In this document: positions 1 to 13,973 of the stretch, in pieces | Numbering within the stretch: the first letter of the stretch is position 1 | Layout: each line of letters starts with the position of its first letter | From: Tubiluchus corallicola | Lineage: Eukaryota; Animalia; Priapulida | Length of the DNA: 64,000 nucleotides | Reading direction: 5' to 3' | NCBI GenBank assembly: GCA_030141605.1 | Contig: JAQGDQ010000156.1 | Location: forward strand, 1 to 64,000 | Notes under the pieces: generated by a model | Databases searched by the model: none | What the model was told of the DNA's origin: nothing | What the model saw: only the letters and a program-made list of their open reading frames with translations | Program-made: the position numbers and the translations under genes

Positions 1-565
1 TCAATATCCATACTTTTATCATTTACTTTCACATTGTTTATCGCAAATTTTAATTCATTCATAGTGAAGGGTTCATTATACCAAACGTTATATGGTTCTT
101 CAAAATTTATGCCTTGCACTTCGTTCTCTATACGGTGATACCATCCCTGATCAAAATTACTTACCCTAAAATGCGCCCCAGCAAAAAACGTGTTATACAA
201 TATCTTACATTTATCTTCATCTTTTACATAATATTTTCCCTGCCATTTCAACACAGCAACCTCATTCTGGCAATTTTCAACAAACACTTTTTTATAAGTT
301 TTCCAGAAAGCTTTGCCTTGCTGGACATTAAGTTGACAGTATTACTAACAACCCAGTCATTTAACTCTGCTGCTAATATGTTTTCAAACTGAGTCTTTTT
401 ATCAAGATATGCATTCACATTGACATAATTGGAGTGTCGCTTGTAGTTCTTTCTTAGTTGTCTGAGTTCTCGTGATAGTTCAGATAATTGTGGTGTCCAA
501 AATGGCTTGCTGTGTGTGCAGATACGTTTTGTCACTAATGTTTCAGTCAGCTTTGCTGAACAGAT
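1..565 (-). mobile_element. Inverted copy of the same LINE (upstream linker plus duplicated start of RT region)
   Basis: 1-228 is the reverse complement of 566-793 (2 mismatches seen). 229-565 read on minus gives a typical endonuclease-RT linker (KPFWTPQLSELSRELRQLRKNYK...), with a frameshift near 330 into FWKTYKK...YYVKDEDKC. Confidence 0.88.
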
Positions 566-3195
<2,630 letters not shown>

Positions 3196-3869
3196 AAGCT
3201 TGGCTGCTCTCTGCTATGCTCTTGCACACTCATGCGCAATACGCCATATCCGAACATGATGATGATGATAAATCTTTTATTGAAGAAAATTATAAAAGAA
3301 AATGCACAGACAGTGCCTCCATCTGCAGGCAGATTTTTACAAAAGTACAATCTTATTTGTTAACGAAATAAAAATAATAAATAATACGAAACTTCATTAT
3401 AGATCTAACATAAGTTTTTTAATGTCACTTCCCTATAGAGCCTCACAGCTGAAAACCAAGTATTCCTTTACCTTACAATATGACAAATCTTCATTTTACT
3501 ACATATAATGCAATTTAACAGTTTAACAATTTTCTTATTTGAGCAATACGATAAAGGTTTTGAAAGCATGTAGTTTGTCAAAATAAAATCATCTTTAACT
3601 AAACAAAGAGAAGCACCAACAATTATTCTGTCACTTTTCTACGAAGAGACATTGAACATGGTGATCATCTCCAATCTTAACCTACTTTGTTTTTCATTGT
3701 CAACAACTATACCAGATAAAACAGGTGTTAGTGTTCTACCATTTATATTTACAAAAATTATTACACACAATAAATCTAATGCGGCGGCTCAAATGCAATT
3801 AAAATAAGGATCATTCTATTACGGCGGCTCAAATACAACGTAAATTAAAATAAGGCTCATTATTATTTA

Positions 3870-4108
3870 TTAACTCTGATGTTGCGATCGCTGAGTTTTT
3901 CTTTGGTTACGCAGTCGCCTGCGATGTTTGTTAACTTCGTCGGTTAAGTATTTAACCTTGGAAAATTCCTCGACCGTGCCTGGAGTACTGTCATAAAGTT
4001 TCCTGTGTGGGATACGAGGTCCGGGTGGTAATACGGGCTGGTGGCTAATAAATGGCTGGACTTGCCCTGTTTGTCCTGATTTAGCAAGGAAAACGCAATC
4101 GCATTTAC
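3870..4108 (-). CDS. Collagen-like gene A, terminal coding exon
   Basis: tttag acceptor, phase 1 matching the collagen exon donor. Encodes GKCDCVFLAKSGQTGQVQPF...STPGTVEEFSKVKYLTDEVNKHRRRLRNQRKTQRSQHQS*, clearly homologous to exon 20614-21101. Confidence 0.85.
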
Positions 4109-4300
4109 CTAAATGTACAAAATGGTAACATTAGTTGTGACATTAAAGTGCCTGTAATATGAAGATAAATAAACACATTTGTCAGTCTGCGCTTAGTCTT
4201 TTTGCGCTGTTTCAAGCAAAAGTTCTTCCTGCAAGCGAATTGTGGAAAATTTTTGCTTGCTGCAGTCAAATAGCAGCCACACTTGGCACGACAGTTTTGT

Positions 4301-5000
4301 GGCATCAAAACTAGGCGTGTGACACTTGGCATCAAAACTAGGCGTGTGACACTTGGCATTAAAACTAGGCGTGTGACACTTGGCATCAAAACTAGGCGTG
4401 TGACACTTGGCATTAAAACTAGGCGTGTGACACTTGGCATCAAAACTAGGCGTGTGACACTTGGCATCAAAACTAGGCGTGTGACACTTGGCATCAAAAC
4501 TAGGCGTGTGACACTTGACATAAAAACTAGGCGTGTGACACTTGGCATCAAAACTAGGCGTGTGACACTTGGCATCAAAACTAGGCGTGTGACACTTGGC
4601 ATTAAAACTAGGCGTGTGACACTTGGCATCAAAACTAGGCGTGTGACACTTGGCATCAAAACTAGGCGTGTGACACTTGGCATCAAAACTAGGCGTGTGA
4701 CACTTGGCATCAAAACTAGGCGTGTGACACTTGGCATCAAAACTAGGCGTGTGACACTTGGCATCAAAACTAGGCGTGTGACATTTGGCATCAAAACTAG
4801 GCGTGTGACACTTGGCATCAAAACTAGGCGTGTGACACTTTGGCATCAAAACTAGGCGTGTGACACTTGGCATCAAAACTAGGCGTGTGACACTTGGCAA
4901 TAAAACTAGGCGTGTGACACTTGGCATCAAAACTAGGCGTGTGGCACTTGGCATCAAAACTAGGCGTGTGACACTTGGCATTAAAACTAGGCGTGTGACA
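4301..5000. repeat. 27-bp minisatellite GGCATCAAAACTAGGCGTGTGACACTT, about 26 copies, intronic
   Basis: Near-identical head-to-tail units with no spacers. Confidence 0.97.
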
Positions 5001-5381
5001 TCATATAATATTTATAATTCTGCTTACGTTTTGTGAATATTGTTGGTCAATTGTGTAGCATTTTAAAGTGAAATTTTTTTATCTAAATATTAAAGTATAT
5101 ATTCTGTGATGTTTGTTTTACTGCAATTAGGAAGCAACTAATGTACAGCCAAGTTTCATAATGCATGCAATTCTCCCTCAATAATTTAGTTTGGCCTCCA
5201 GAAACAACTTTCTTATCCACTAATGATCAAGCCCGGCATTGCTTAACTTGGGTTGCTAAGCACACAATATGACCTTCAGGTATTCCTCTTATCCCAACGT
5301 GAATTACAAGTTTCATCGCGCAATCCGTTAGAATCAGAAAAATGTTCAGTTTTTACATTATTAATTTCAACAGCATTTTGC

Positions 5382-5939
5382 TTAAAGGAGAACCGGATGA
5401 TTGTGTAAACATTAGTCCAGAATAAAGAATGCTCTAAAATGTTGAAAACTACAACAGCTTATTTCAAATAAAAGCTTAGGTTAAATAATAATTACCTCGG
5501 ATGCTCAAATTTCGTTAAACTTTCAAAGCCACGCGCGGCTCAGTGAATCTACTAAGATTGGCAACGGCGTCTTTTTGTCACGTGCACGTGGCCGACAAAT
5601 AGAAGGCGGTACCGTGATAACCGAGACCATGAACTGCTGTGTTAGTTTCATGACGGCATATGATGTAAAGTCCATTTCTCGTGACATCATGCGTTTATAC
5701 AGAGCTGTAACACCTATGCAAATGTGCTTGATGCGCAAGAGAAGACGCCTGCCATTGCACAAACTGTGGTTAGTTTCTGACGTAAGCAATAGCTGTGTTC
5801 GGTTGCCGTTAATTAACTTTCTAAGTTAATTATTCAAATATAAGAAACAATTGCTAACTTTTATAGGCAAGAAAATGGATATTTTGGACAGTAAATTAAA
5901 ATGAGACTGAGTCTAAACAATCGTTCGGTTTTCCTTTAA
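5382..5939. mobile_element. MITE with TTAA-AGG...CCT-TTAA termini (Kolobok-like), copy 1
   Basis: Imperfect TIRs ttaaaggagaaccggatgattgt / acaatcgttcggttttcctttaa; a full-length homologue in the opposite orientation at 9568-10099. Confidence 0.8.
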
Positions 5940-6753
5940 AAGACAGGTCATTTAGCACGACGGTTTTATTTTACTATTATAATTTAAACTTAGAAATTAT
6001 TATAAAGAAACTTGTGAAAAGCTGTCCATAAAGCATAAAATTTGTTTATGCGACCGCGGTAAAGAAATTTACAGGCGCAGCGGTTCACTCCAAAATCCTA
6101 ACGTGACTGGTGGACTTTTGGTAAGCGCAATCGTGGCTTATCGTAAGTGCGCGCCACTTAAACTAATTCAAACTTATGCAGCCTACCTAATGTTCATGCA
6201 AGAATATCACAAAATTAGCACTATAATTTTTTGTAAAAACTTTTGAGAGTGCACTGTTTCTCTTCTGTCAAACGTTATTGGTGGGAAAATTGGCGTTCAA
6301 AATGTTAGCGATCAAAAACGTGAATTGAATTGATTTTACTAATTACACTAAACCCACAGGCGCCTATCACACTTATTACTAAATACTTATAAGTGTTTTT
6401 GTAAACATTGAAATAAGACTAGTTTCCTAAAAGACTTGAACCTTTCCTTTAATAAACTAGAAATTGGCTATAGGCGTGAATGCATACAAAGGTCATCAAG
6501 TTTCAGTTTGATATTCGTAACTGTGTTAGTTCATTTTGACTTATTTGGGCGGATCAGGATTTGACAAAACCGGTGAGGGGGGCGTAAAATAATTATTATT
6601 CACAGACTTTCTGTCCCATACTTAATAAATATTGTATAAAACTGTATAAAAATATTACTAATTTACTAATTATTGTTGATTAATTACTTATTAATGACAG
6701 ATTTATTGCATTTTTAAGTTCATAAACTCTAAACATAAATGCATGCTACTTAC

Positions 6754-8820
6754 CAGGTAGACCTGGCAATCCACGTGGACCACGTAAACCAATACCAGGG
6801 CGACCAGGAGGTCCAGGAGGGGATGACGGACCAGGAAGTCCACGAAGACCCTGTGGACCACTTGGACCCAAAGGGCCAGAAGGTCCAGAAGGCCCAGCAG
6901 GACCAGATGGGCCAGATGGACCAGTAGGGCCAGCCAAACCAGAAGGGCCACTGGGCCCAGGAAGACCAGATGGGCCAGGCTGACCAGACGGTCCTATGGG
7001 ACCTGAAGGACCACTTGGGCCACTAGGGCCCAATGGACCAGATGGACCAGAAGGACCTGATGGACCAGGAGACCCAGAGGGACCAGACGGTCCAGATGGA
7101 CCAGGCATACCAGAAGGACCAGAAGGTCCACTGGGACCAGAGGAGCCACTAGGGCCAATTGGCCCCGATGGGCCAGAAGGCCCTGTTGGGCCAGATGGCC
7201 CTGGTGGGCCAGATGGACCAGATGGGCCAGTTGCACCTCTTGGCCCAGATGGCCCCGATGGGCCAGATGGACCTGGTGCACCAGATGGCCCTGATGGGCC
7301 AGAAGGCCCTGGTGGACCAGATGGTCCCAGTGGGCCAGATGGACCAGATGGTCCAGTTGCACCTCTTGGACCAGATGGCCCCGATGGGCCAGATGGACCT
7401 GGTGCACCAGATGGTCCCGATGGGCCAGAAGGCCCTGATGGTCCGGATGGTCCCGGTGGGCCAGATGGACCGGAAGGTCCAGTTGCCCCTCTTGGGCCAG
7501 ATGGCCCTGATGGGCCAGATGGACCTGGTGCACCAGATGGTCCTGATGGGCCAGAAGGCCCAGTTGGGCCAGATGGTCCTGGTGGGCCAGATGGACCGGA
7601 AGGGCCAGTTGCACCTCTTGGCCCAGATGGCCCCGATGGGCCAGATGGACCTGGTGCACCAGATGGCCCTGATGGGCCAGAAGGCCCTGTTGGGCCAGAT
7701 GGCCCTGGTGGGCCAGATGGACCAGAAGGTCCAGTTGCACCTCTTGGGCCAGATGGCCCTGATGGGCCAGACGGACCTGGTGCACCAGATGGCCCCGATG
7801 GGCCAGAAGGCCCTGATGGTCCGGATGGTCCTGGTGGTCCAGATGGACCAGAAGGTCCAGTTGCCCCTCTTGGGCCAGATGGCCCTGATGGGCCAGATGG
7901 ACCTGGTGCACCAGATGGTCCTGATGGGCCAGAAGGCCCTGATGGGCCAGATGGTCCTGGTGGGCCAGATGGACCAGAAGGACCAGTTGCCCCACTTGGG
8001 CCAGATGGCCCTGATGGGCCAGATGGACCTGGTGCACCAGATGGTCCTGATGGGCCAGAAGGCCCTGATGGTCCAGATGGTCCCGGTGGGCCAGATGGAC
8101 CAGAAGGACCAGGGGGACCACTTGGGCCAGATGGACCTGTTGCACCAGATGGCCCTGGTGGGCCAGACGGCCCTGTTGGGCCAGATGGACCGGTAGGCCC
8201 AGTTGCACCAGCTGGGCCCGAAGGACCAGAAGGACCAGGTGGCCCTGATGGACCTGGTTCACCAGAAGGACCAGGAGGGCCAGATGGCCCTGTTGGACCA
8301 GGTGGACCGGAAGGGCCAGTTGCACCAGCTGGGCCCGAAGGACCAGAAGGACCAGGTGGTCCTGTTGCACCAGATGGGCCTGATGGGCCAGATGGCCCTG
8401 TTGGACCAGGTGGACCGGAAGGACCAGTTGCACCTGCTGGGCCCGAAGGACCAGAAGGACCAGGAGGCCCTGATGGACCTGGTTCACCAGAAGGACCTGG
8501 TGGGCCTGAAGGACCAGGATCGCCGGGAGGGCCAGAAGGACCAGGAGGACCAGAAGGACCAGGAGGACCAGGAGGACCAGACGGACCTGTTGCACCAGAT
8601 GGCCCTGGTGGGCCAGAAGGACCTGGTGGGCCTGAAGGACCAGGATCGCCGGGAAGGCCGGGAGGGCCGGAAGGGCCGGCAGGGCCAGGAGGCCCTGATG
8701 GACCTGCTGCACCAGAAGGACCTGATGGGCCTGAAGGACCAGGATCGCCGGAAGGGCCGGGAGGGCCAGAAGGGCCGGGAGGGCCAGAAGGACCAGGAGG
8801 ACCAGACGGACAATCACACT
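6754..8820 (-). CDS. Collagen-like gene A, triple-helix exon (about 228 Gly-X-Y triplets, Gly-Pro-Ser dominated)
   Basis: tattttgcag acceptor at 8821 and G|gtaagt donor at 6753; 2067 nt, phase 1-1. Encodes ECDCPS-(GPS/GPP/GAT)[13 protein letters not shown] with an internal 126-bp higher-order repeat. Confidence 0.93.
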
Positions 8821-8976
8821 CTGCAAAATAAAATTGCACGTAAAGTAATTATTATAAAAGTTTTCTTTGCTTTATCTATAAAAACTCTTGAGCAAAACTG
8901 AGAAAAGAAATAATTCATCAATAAAATAATTAAACATTAGCAATTAATACTTACAATAAGTTAGTTACCATTAAAA

Positions 8977-9099
8977 TCATCATCATCATTATCATGATCA
9001 TCATCGTTGTCATCGTCGTCGTCGTCGTCGTCGTCATCATCATCATCTTCATCGTCACCATCATGATCGTCGACTGCAGTGGTGGCAGCAGCATCATCA

Positions 9100-9130
<31 letters not shown>
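8977..9130. repeat. (ATC/GTC)n and (ATG)n trinucleotide tract
   Basis: Direct reading; the paralogous intron has a similar tract at 23030-23190. Confidence 0.9.
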
Positions 9131-9567
9131 TGAGAGTGTCTTGATTACATTAATCCATTAAATTGATTACCGTCATCACCCTGCGTTGTGAGGAGACAAG
9201 ACATCAAAACCAATGCCAGCAAATACAGGTAGCCGTGATTTCCAAAATTGAACGTCAACATCTTGAAAGAAAGATTACGGAGAAAAATTCATTTTACAGT
9301 AGCACGTGTATACAAAATATATCCACAATTCTAATTAAACAGTCGGGAAAACACCTATGCCTGATTAGTAATTCGATGGGTGATTACCATGAAGTGTTTG
9401 TTTGCTGTTTCAACTAAAACATACATACTGCCTCTGGTCTGAAAGTGTGTTTTATATGGCCTCCAAAACCTGTAAGGCTAGGACATCACTGCAATTCAGA
9501 ACCTCATCTTAGAAGATCATCTTTATCAACGAACTAGATTTTTTGGTTTCTGCCAAAATGATTTATG

Positions 9568-10099
9568 TTAAAGGAAGACCGGACGATTGTTTAGACTCAA
9601 TCTCATTTTAATTTACAGTCCAAAATATACATTTTCTTGCCTATAACAGTTAACAATTGTTCCTTATATTTGAATAATTTGAAAGTTAATTAACGTCAAC
9701 CGAACATGGCTATTGTTTACGTCAGAAACTAACCACAGTCTGTGCAATGGCAGGCGTCTTTCCTTGCGCATCAAGCACATTTGCATAAGGGCTACAGTAC
9801 TGTTTAAAAGCATGATGTCACGAAAAATGGACTTTACATCATATGACGTCAAAAAATAACACTGCAGTTCATGATCATGGTTATCACGGCCACGTGCATG
9901 TGACAAAAAGGCGCTGCTGCCCATCTTAGTAAATTCACTGAACCGCGCCTACCTTTGAAAGTTTAACGAAATTTGAGTATCCGAGGTAATTATTATTTAA
10001 TCTAAGCTTTGATTTTAAAAAAAGCTATTGTAGTTTTCAATATTTTAGAGCATTTTTATTCTGAACTCGTGTTTACACAATCATCCGGTTTTCCTTTGA
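9568..10099. mobile_element. MITE (Kolobok-like), copy 2, inverted relative to 5382-5939
   Basis: Reverse complement of copy 1 along its length (shadow ORFs 5575-5829 + and 9664-9924 - are visibly homologous). Confidence 0.8.
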
Positions 10100-10692
10100 G
10101 TAGGTCCATTAAGCAGGCTTACAACTGAATGAAAAGTACAATCTGCAATAACAAAGCTAGACTAGACCAGCAACACGTGCCACATACAAGATAAGATGAG
10201 ATCATATTATTCTCTCCTGCAAGTTTAGCAGTTCATAGAAACATCTAGATATTTTTCAAATTTAACAGAGAGAAAATGAAAGATATTTTGTGGTATCAAT
10301 GCAGAAGTAAATATAATTAGTGTGAAGAAAGAGTGTCGTGTGGTATCATATGCAGAAAGATATATAATTAGTATGAAGAAAGAGAGGCAAAATACCATAC
10401 GGCTAACTAAGTCAACCACCCTTATTTTAGCGATTCTGTAGTTTTTAGAATAAGCTGTTGACGTTGCAAAATTCGTTTGCTAAAATTCACAAAGTTGCTG
10501 AAAACTAGAATTAATAACGAAAGTACCACAATGAGAAAATTGAATATATTGTATATGTAAATATTGCGTGTGGCATTTCTAAATTAATATGTTATAACAC
10601 TGAAGTACATTTATATGTTTTAAAGTGTAATAAATAAATTTTAAACCTAAAAAAAATAATAAATGCAAAAGCAAAATAATTGAAGTAATATA

Positions 10693-11074
10693 TAATTATA
10701 GGTAAATAAAGCAGCATGTTAATTATAGGTAAATAAAGCAGCATGCTAATTATAGGTAAATAAAGCAGCATGCTAATTATAGGTAAATAAAGCAGCATGC
10801 TAATTATAGGTAAATAAAGCAGCATGTTAATTATAGGTAAATAAAGCAGCATGTTAATTATAGGTAAATAAAGTAGCATGCTAATTATAGGTAAATAAAG
10901 TAGCATGCTAATTATAGGTAAATAAAGCAGCATGTTAATTATAGGTAAATAAAGCAGCATGTTACTTATAGGTAAATAAAGCAGCATGCTAATTATAGGT
11001 AAATAAAGCAGCATGCTAATTACAGGTAAATAAAGCAGCATGTTAATTATAGGTAAATAAAGCAGCATGCTAAT
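10693..11074. repeat. 27-bp minisatellite TAATTATAGGTAAATAAAGCAGCATG(C/T), about 14 copies
   Basis: Direct reading. Confidence 0.96.
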
Positions 11075-12715
11075 TTCGGATATCAATACATGCGTGGTGC
11101 TTCGAAATGAATTTAATTGTTTTTAATTGCGTTAACAATGAAACAACTTACAAAAATGACTGAATTGAATAAACAAAACATGCATAAAAACAGAGATAAC
11201 GATAAGCGTTACTCCACGACTTACAAACCCAAAAACACATGGATTAATATTGAAAGGAAACAGAACAAATTACATTACAAAATACTCAATCAAAAAATGT
11301 TGAATGGATTAAGCATGTACATCTAACAGCATTCTAGCTGAATAGTACTACAAAAACTTACTGTTGTACTTTACTTTTTCGATGAATGTATGGCTTCTAA
11401 AACCTCACCACTACCGATAACACTCATCAAACTTGAATTCGCTAGAATCAGAAGACCATCCATTGATTAATAGCCAATCATCAGACATCAAAGAAATAGG
11501 TAAATGGGCAAAAGTATGGATTTATATTGCATTTGGCTAATTGCAAGTTTTTATATTAGACCAGTGCATTGGTCATAGCTGTCAGTACTGGATGAAATTA
11601 GCTATGCCAATAGGCAAACTTGGCTAAGGCGCCAAATTCTAAAAAAAGTTTGGCATAAATAATAATCTTAGTGCACGTGTAACTGCTTAAGTACACAAAC
11701 GCCACATTGTACGCCTCGCTAACACGGAATTGCCTTCCCGCAACAAAACACATTACGTCATTTCAGGCAGGCGCTACTTACGCCTTACTTTGCTTTTGCA
11801 TTACTGTAGTATTACTGTGGTATTTGAACGTTTTTGTAATACTTAGGTAGTGTAGTATCTGTAATGTTTTATATTTATGGTGTTTATTTGAAGCGATATA
11901 CATGTATGTGGACATACGACATATGGCCTATTACTTTACATATAAACACAAATTATTGTATTGTTCGAATGTTTAATTGTACCATGAGATGTTTTTGTGT
12001 CTATTTGAAGATACATGTATTAATTACGTCTGTGATATGTATTATTTTATATGAGATTATATTTGTAAAAGAGTGTTTTAGTTTTTTCAGATAGGAGTAT
12101 TCTACTGTAGATAATATCTTTTTACTTTATTTTACTTTACATAGTTTTAATTTTTTGCACCACATGCATTTGCCTATTAGCTGTGTAGCCCAGCAAACCC
12201 TGAATGATATGTCGCATTGTATAATGTATACTATCATTGTTTTATGGCAAATAAAGATATTTATATATATTATATATACATTTATATTTGTGCATTGTTT
12301 ATGTAGTTTACGTAAAGCAACAGAGCAAAGTAACCATTAATAGCAGCAAATCTTTCCGTTCATAAAAATGGTTCTTGCAATAGCAATTATAAGTTTATAA
12401 GAGATGAACTTATAAGAAATCTAAGCCCTCGGGCGGTTAATACTGACTGGAAACGAATTTAAAAAAGGGTGGCTGACACTAGACAGCAAAAAGATTCAAC
12501 AAAAAGCTTTTCAAACAGACCGGAGTTATGATTGTCAAGCTATAATGTTGAAGTTATAGCATCAGTGTACTTCAAAAAGTAGTTTGGGTTTTAAAAATTT
12601 TCAGATGCAAAGGCTGAGAGAAAAACTAACCAAGACTATGAACTGTACATTAAGAACGTGCAGCTGAAATTCAAATTGGAGAATTTTTGATTACTCCTAG
12701 AGACAGTGCGATACG

Positions 12716-13973
12716 GTTGGCAGTGCGATACGGTACGAAAAAATACCGTACTTCGTACCTTTACAAAATACCGTACCGTAATTCCGTGTCATACCTGCAA
12801 AATTGAATCGTACTGTACTAGTACGATAAAAATTAATTGCGTACCGTAAGTCCGTACCAAATTCTGTACCAAGTTCATGTTGGATCCATTATGAGAGTCA
12901 TAAAAATTAATTGTAAACTCGATTAACATATCAATTCCATTCTATTTATGCACCATTTCATACCGTTCAGTTTGAAATTCCATACCATTTACTTTAGGCA
13001 ACAAAAGTTACATAACTATGCACGAGATATAAATTTACTTTAAGCTTAATTAATAATTATTTGGCAGACACGACCACTGTGTAGTTGTCTTAAATTACTT
13101 GCTCACTAGTGACAAACTTCTAGTGTTAATTCACATTTAATGTCTGGCCTAAAACACCTGTAACTATAACCATAATCATAATACAACGCTAGTTAATACT
13201 AGAAGTTATATGTTGCTTTTATAGAAAAATGTAGAACGCTCTTCAAGTTAGGAAACAATCTAGCATAAACCTGCCTTAAGTTTGATAACTTTACCTGCAA
13301 ATAAATTGTTTAGATGCATAAAAATACCTAGTTATTAAATGCTGTGGCCACGCAGGTTAATAATGCCGGTGCGTCTCGAATTTCTTTTGCCCGCAAAGCA
13401 AACATTCAACTCAGGTGATATGCAGTTAATAAATCGTCGCTGTTTTGCATAGATCGGCAAAGTTCTAAACGTTCCTCGTTAAAGACATACATTTTGAAAT
13501 GTTTTTGTTTCAACAGAATCTGCGGTACTTAAGATGTTCAGTATATTTCTATACAAAGCGTTAACAGTCAGAAATAGCAGTTAAAATATCGTTGTTACAT
13601 GAATAGATGTGAAACATGGGATACAATACCTGACGTTATTTACGGGAAATGACAACCTGGGACTTCTAAACAACTGTCGGCTTCTGCACCAAAAACGAAC
13701 CAATGTAGCAGCATAAGCTGTTTTGTTTTCGTGTGCTCTGAGTTAATTAGGGAGAACAATAAGTCGCACTCATGAGTATAACAAGTCGTCACGCTAAGTT
13801 GTTACAAGAAGCTGAGTAAGAATAGTACAAAAAAGTACAGGAAAGGTACGAAAAAATACCATAATTTCTTACCGTACCGTGCTGTACTGTTGGAAAAATA
13901 TCGTACCGTAGTTTGGAAACAAACTATACTTTTAAGAAATTTTATTTCGTACCGTACCGTACAGCCAGCCTTG
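12716..13973. mobile_element. Non-autonomous DNA transposon (hAT-like) with CGTAC/GTACG-rich subterminal repeats
   Basis: Left ggttggcagtgcgatacggtacg matches the reverse complement of right cgtaccgtaccgtacagccagccttg. Both ends are rich in taccg/cgtac pentamers; the left terminus is degraded. Confidence 0.6.

Noticed and set aside
4301-5000. CRISPR-like array near a reverse transcriptase
   Set aside because: The units are contiguous with no unique spacers, there are no cas genes, the context is eukaryotic, and the RT is a standard LINE. The ORFs across the array are repeat artefacts.
5523-5829. Duplicated small protein gene (ORFs 5575-5829 and 9664-9924)
   Set aside because: The similarity comes from two copies of a non-coding MITE; frames and starts are not conserved.
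6996-8831. Plus-strand (GPD/GPE)n collagen ORF and other overlapping long ORFs (also 22158-22667)
   Set aside because: These are antisense shadows of GGN-CCN-TCN codons. Splice sites, Cys motifs and the terminal exon all support the minus strand.
10592-11086. 164-aa hydrophobic repeat ORF
   Set aside because: Translation of the 27-bp minisatellite.
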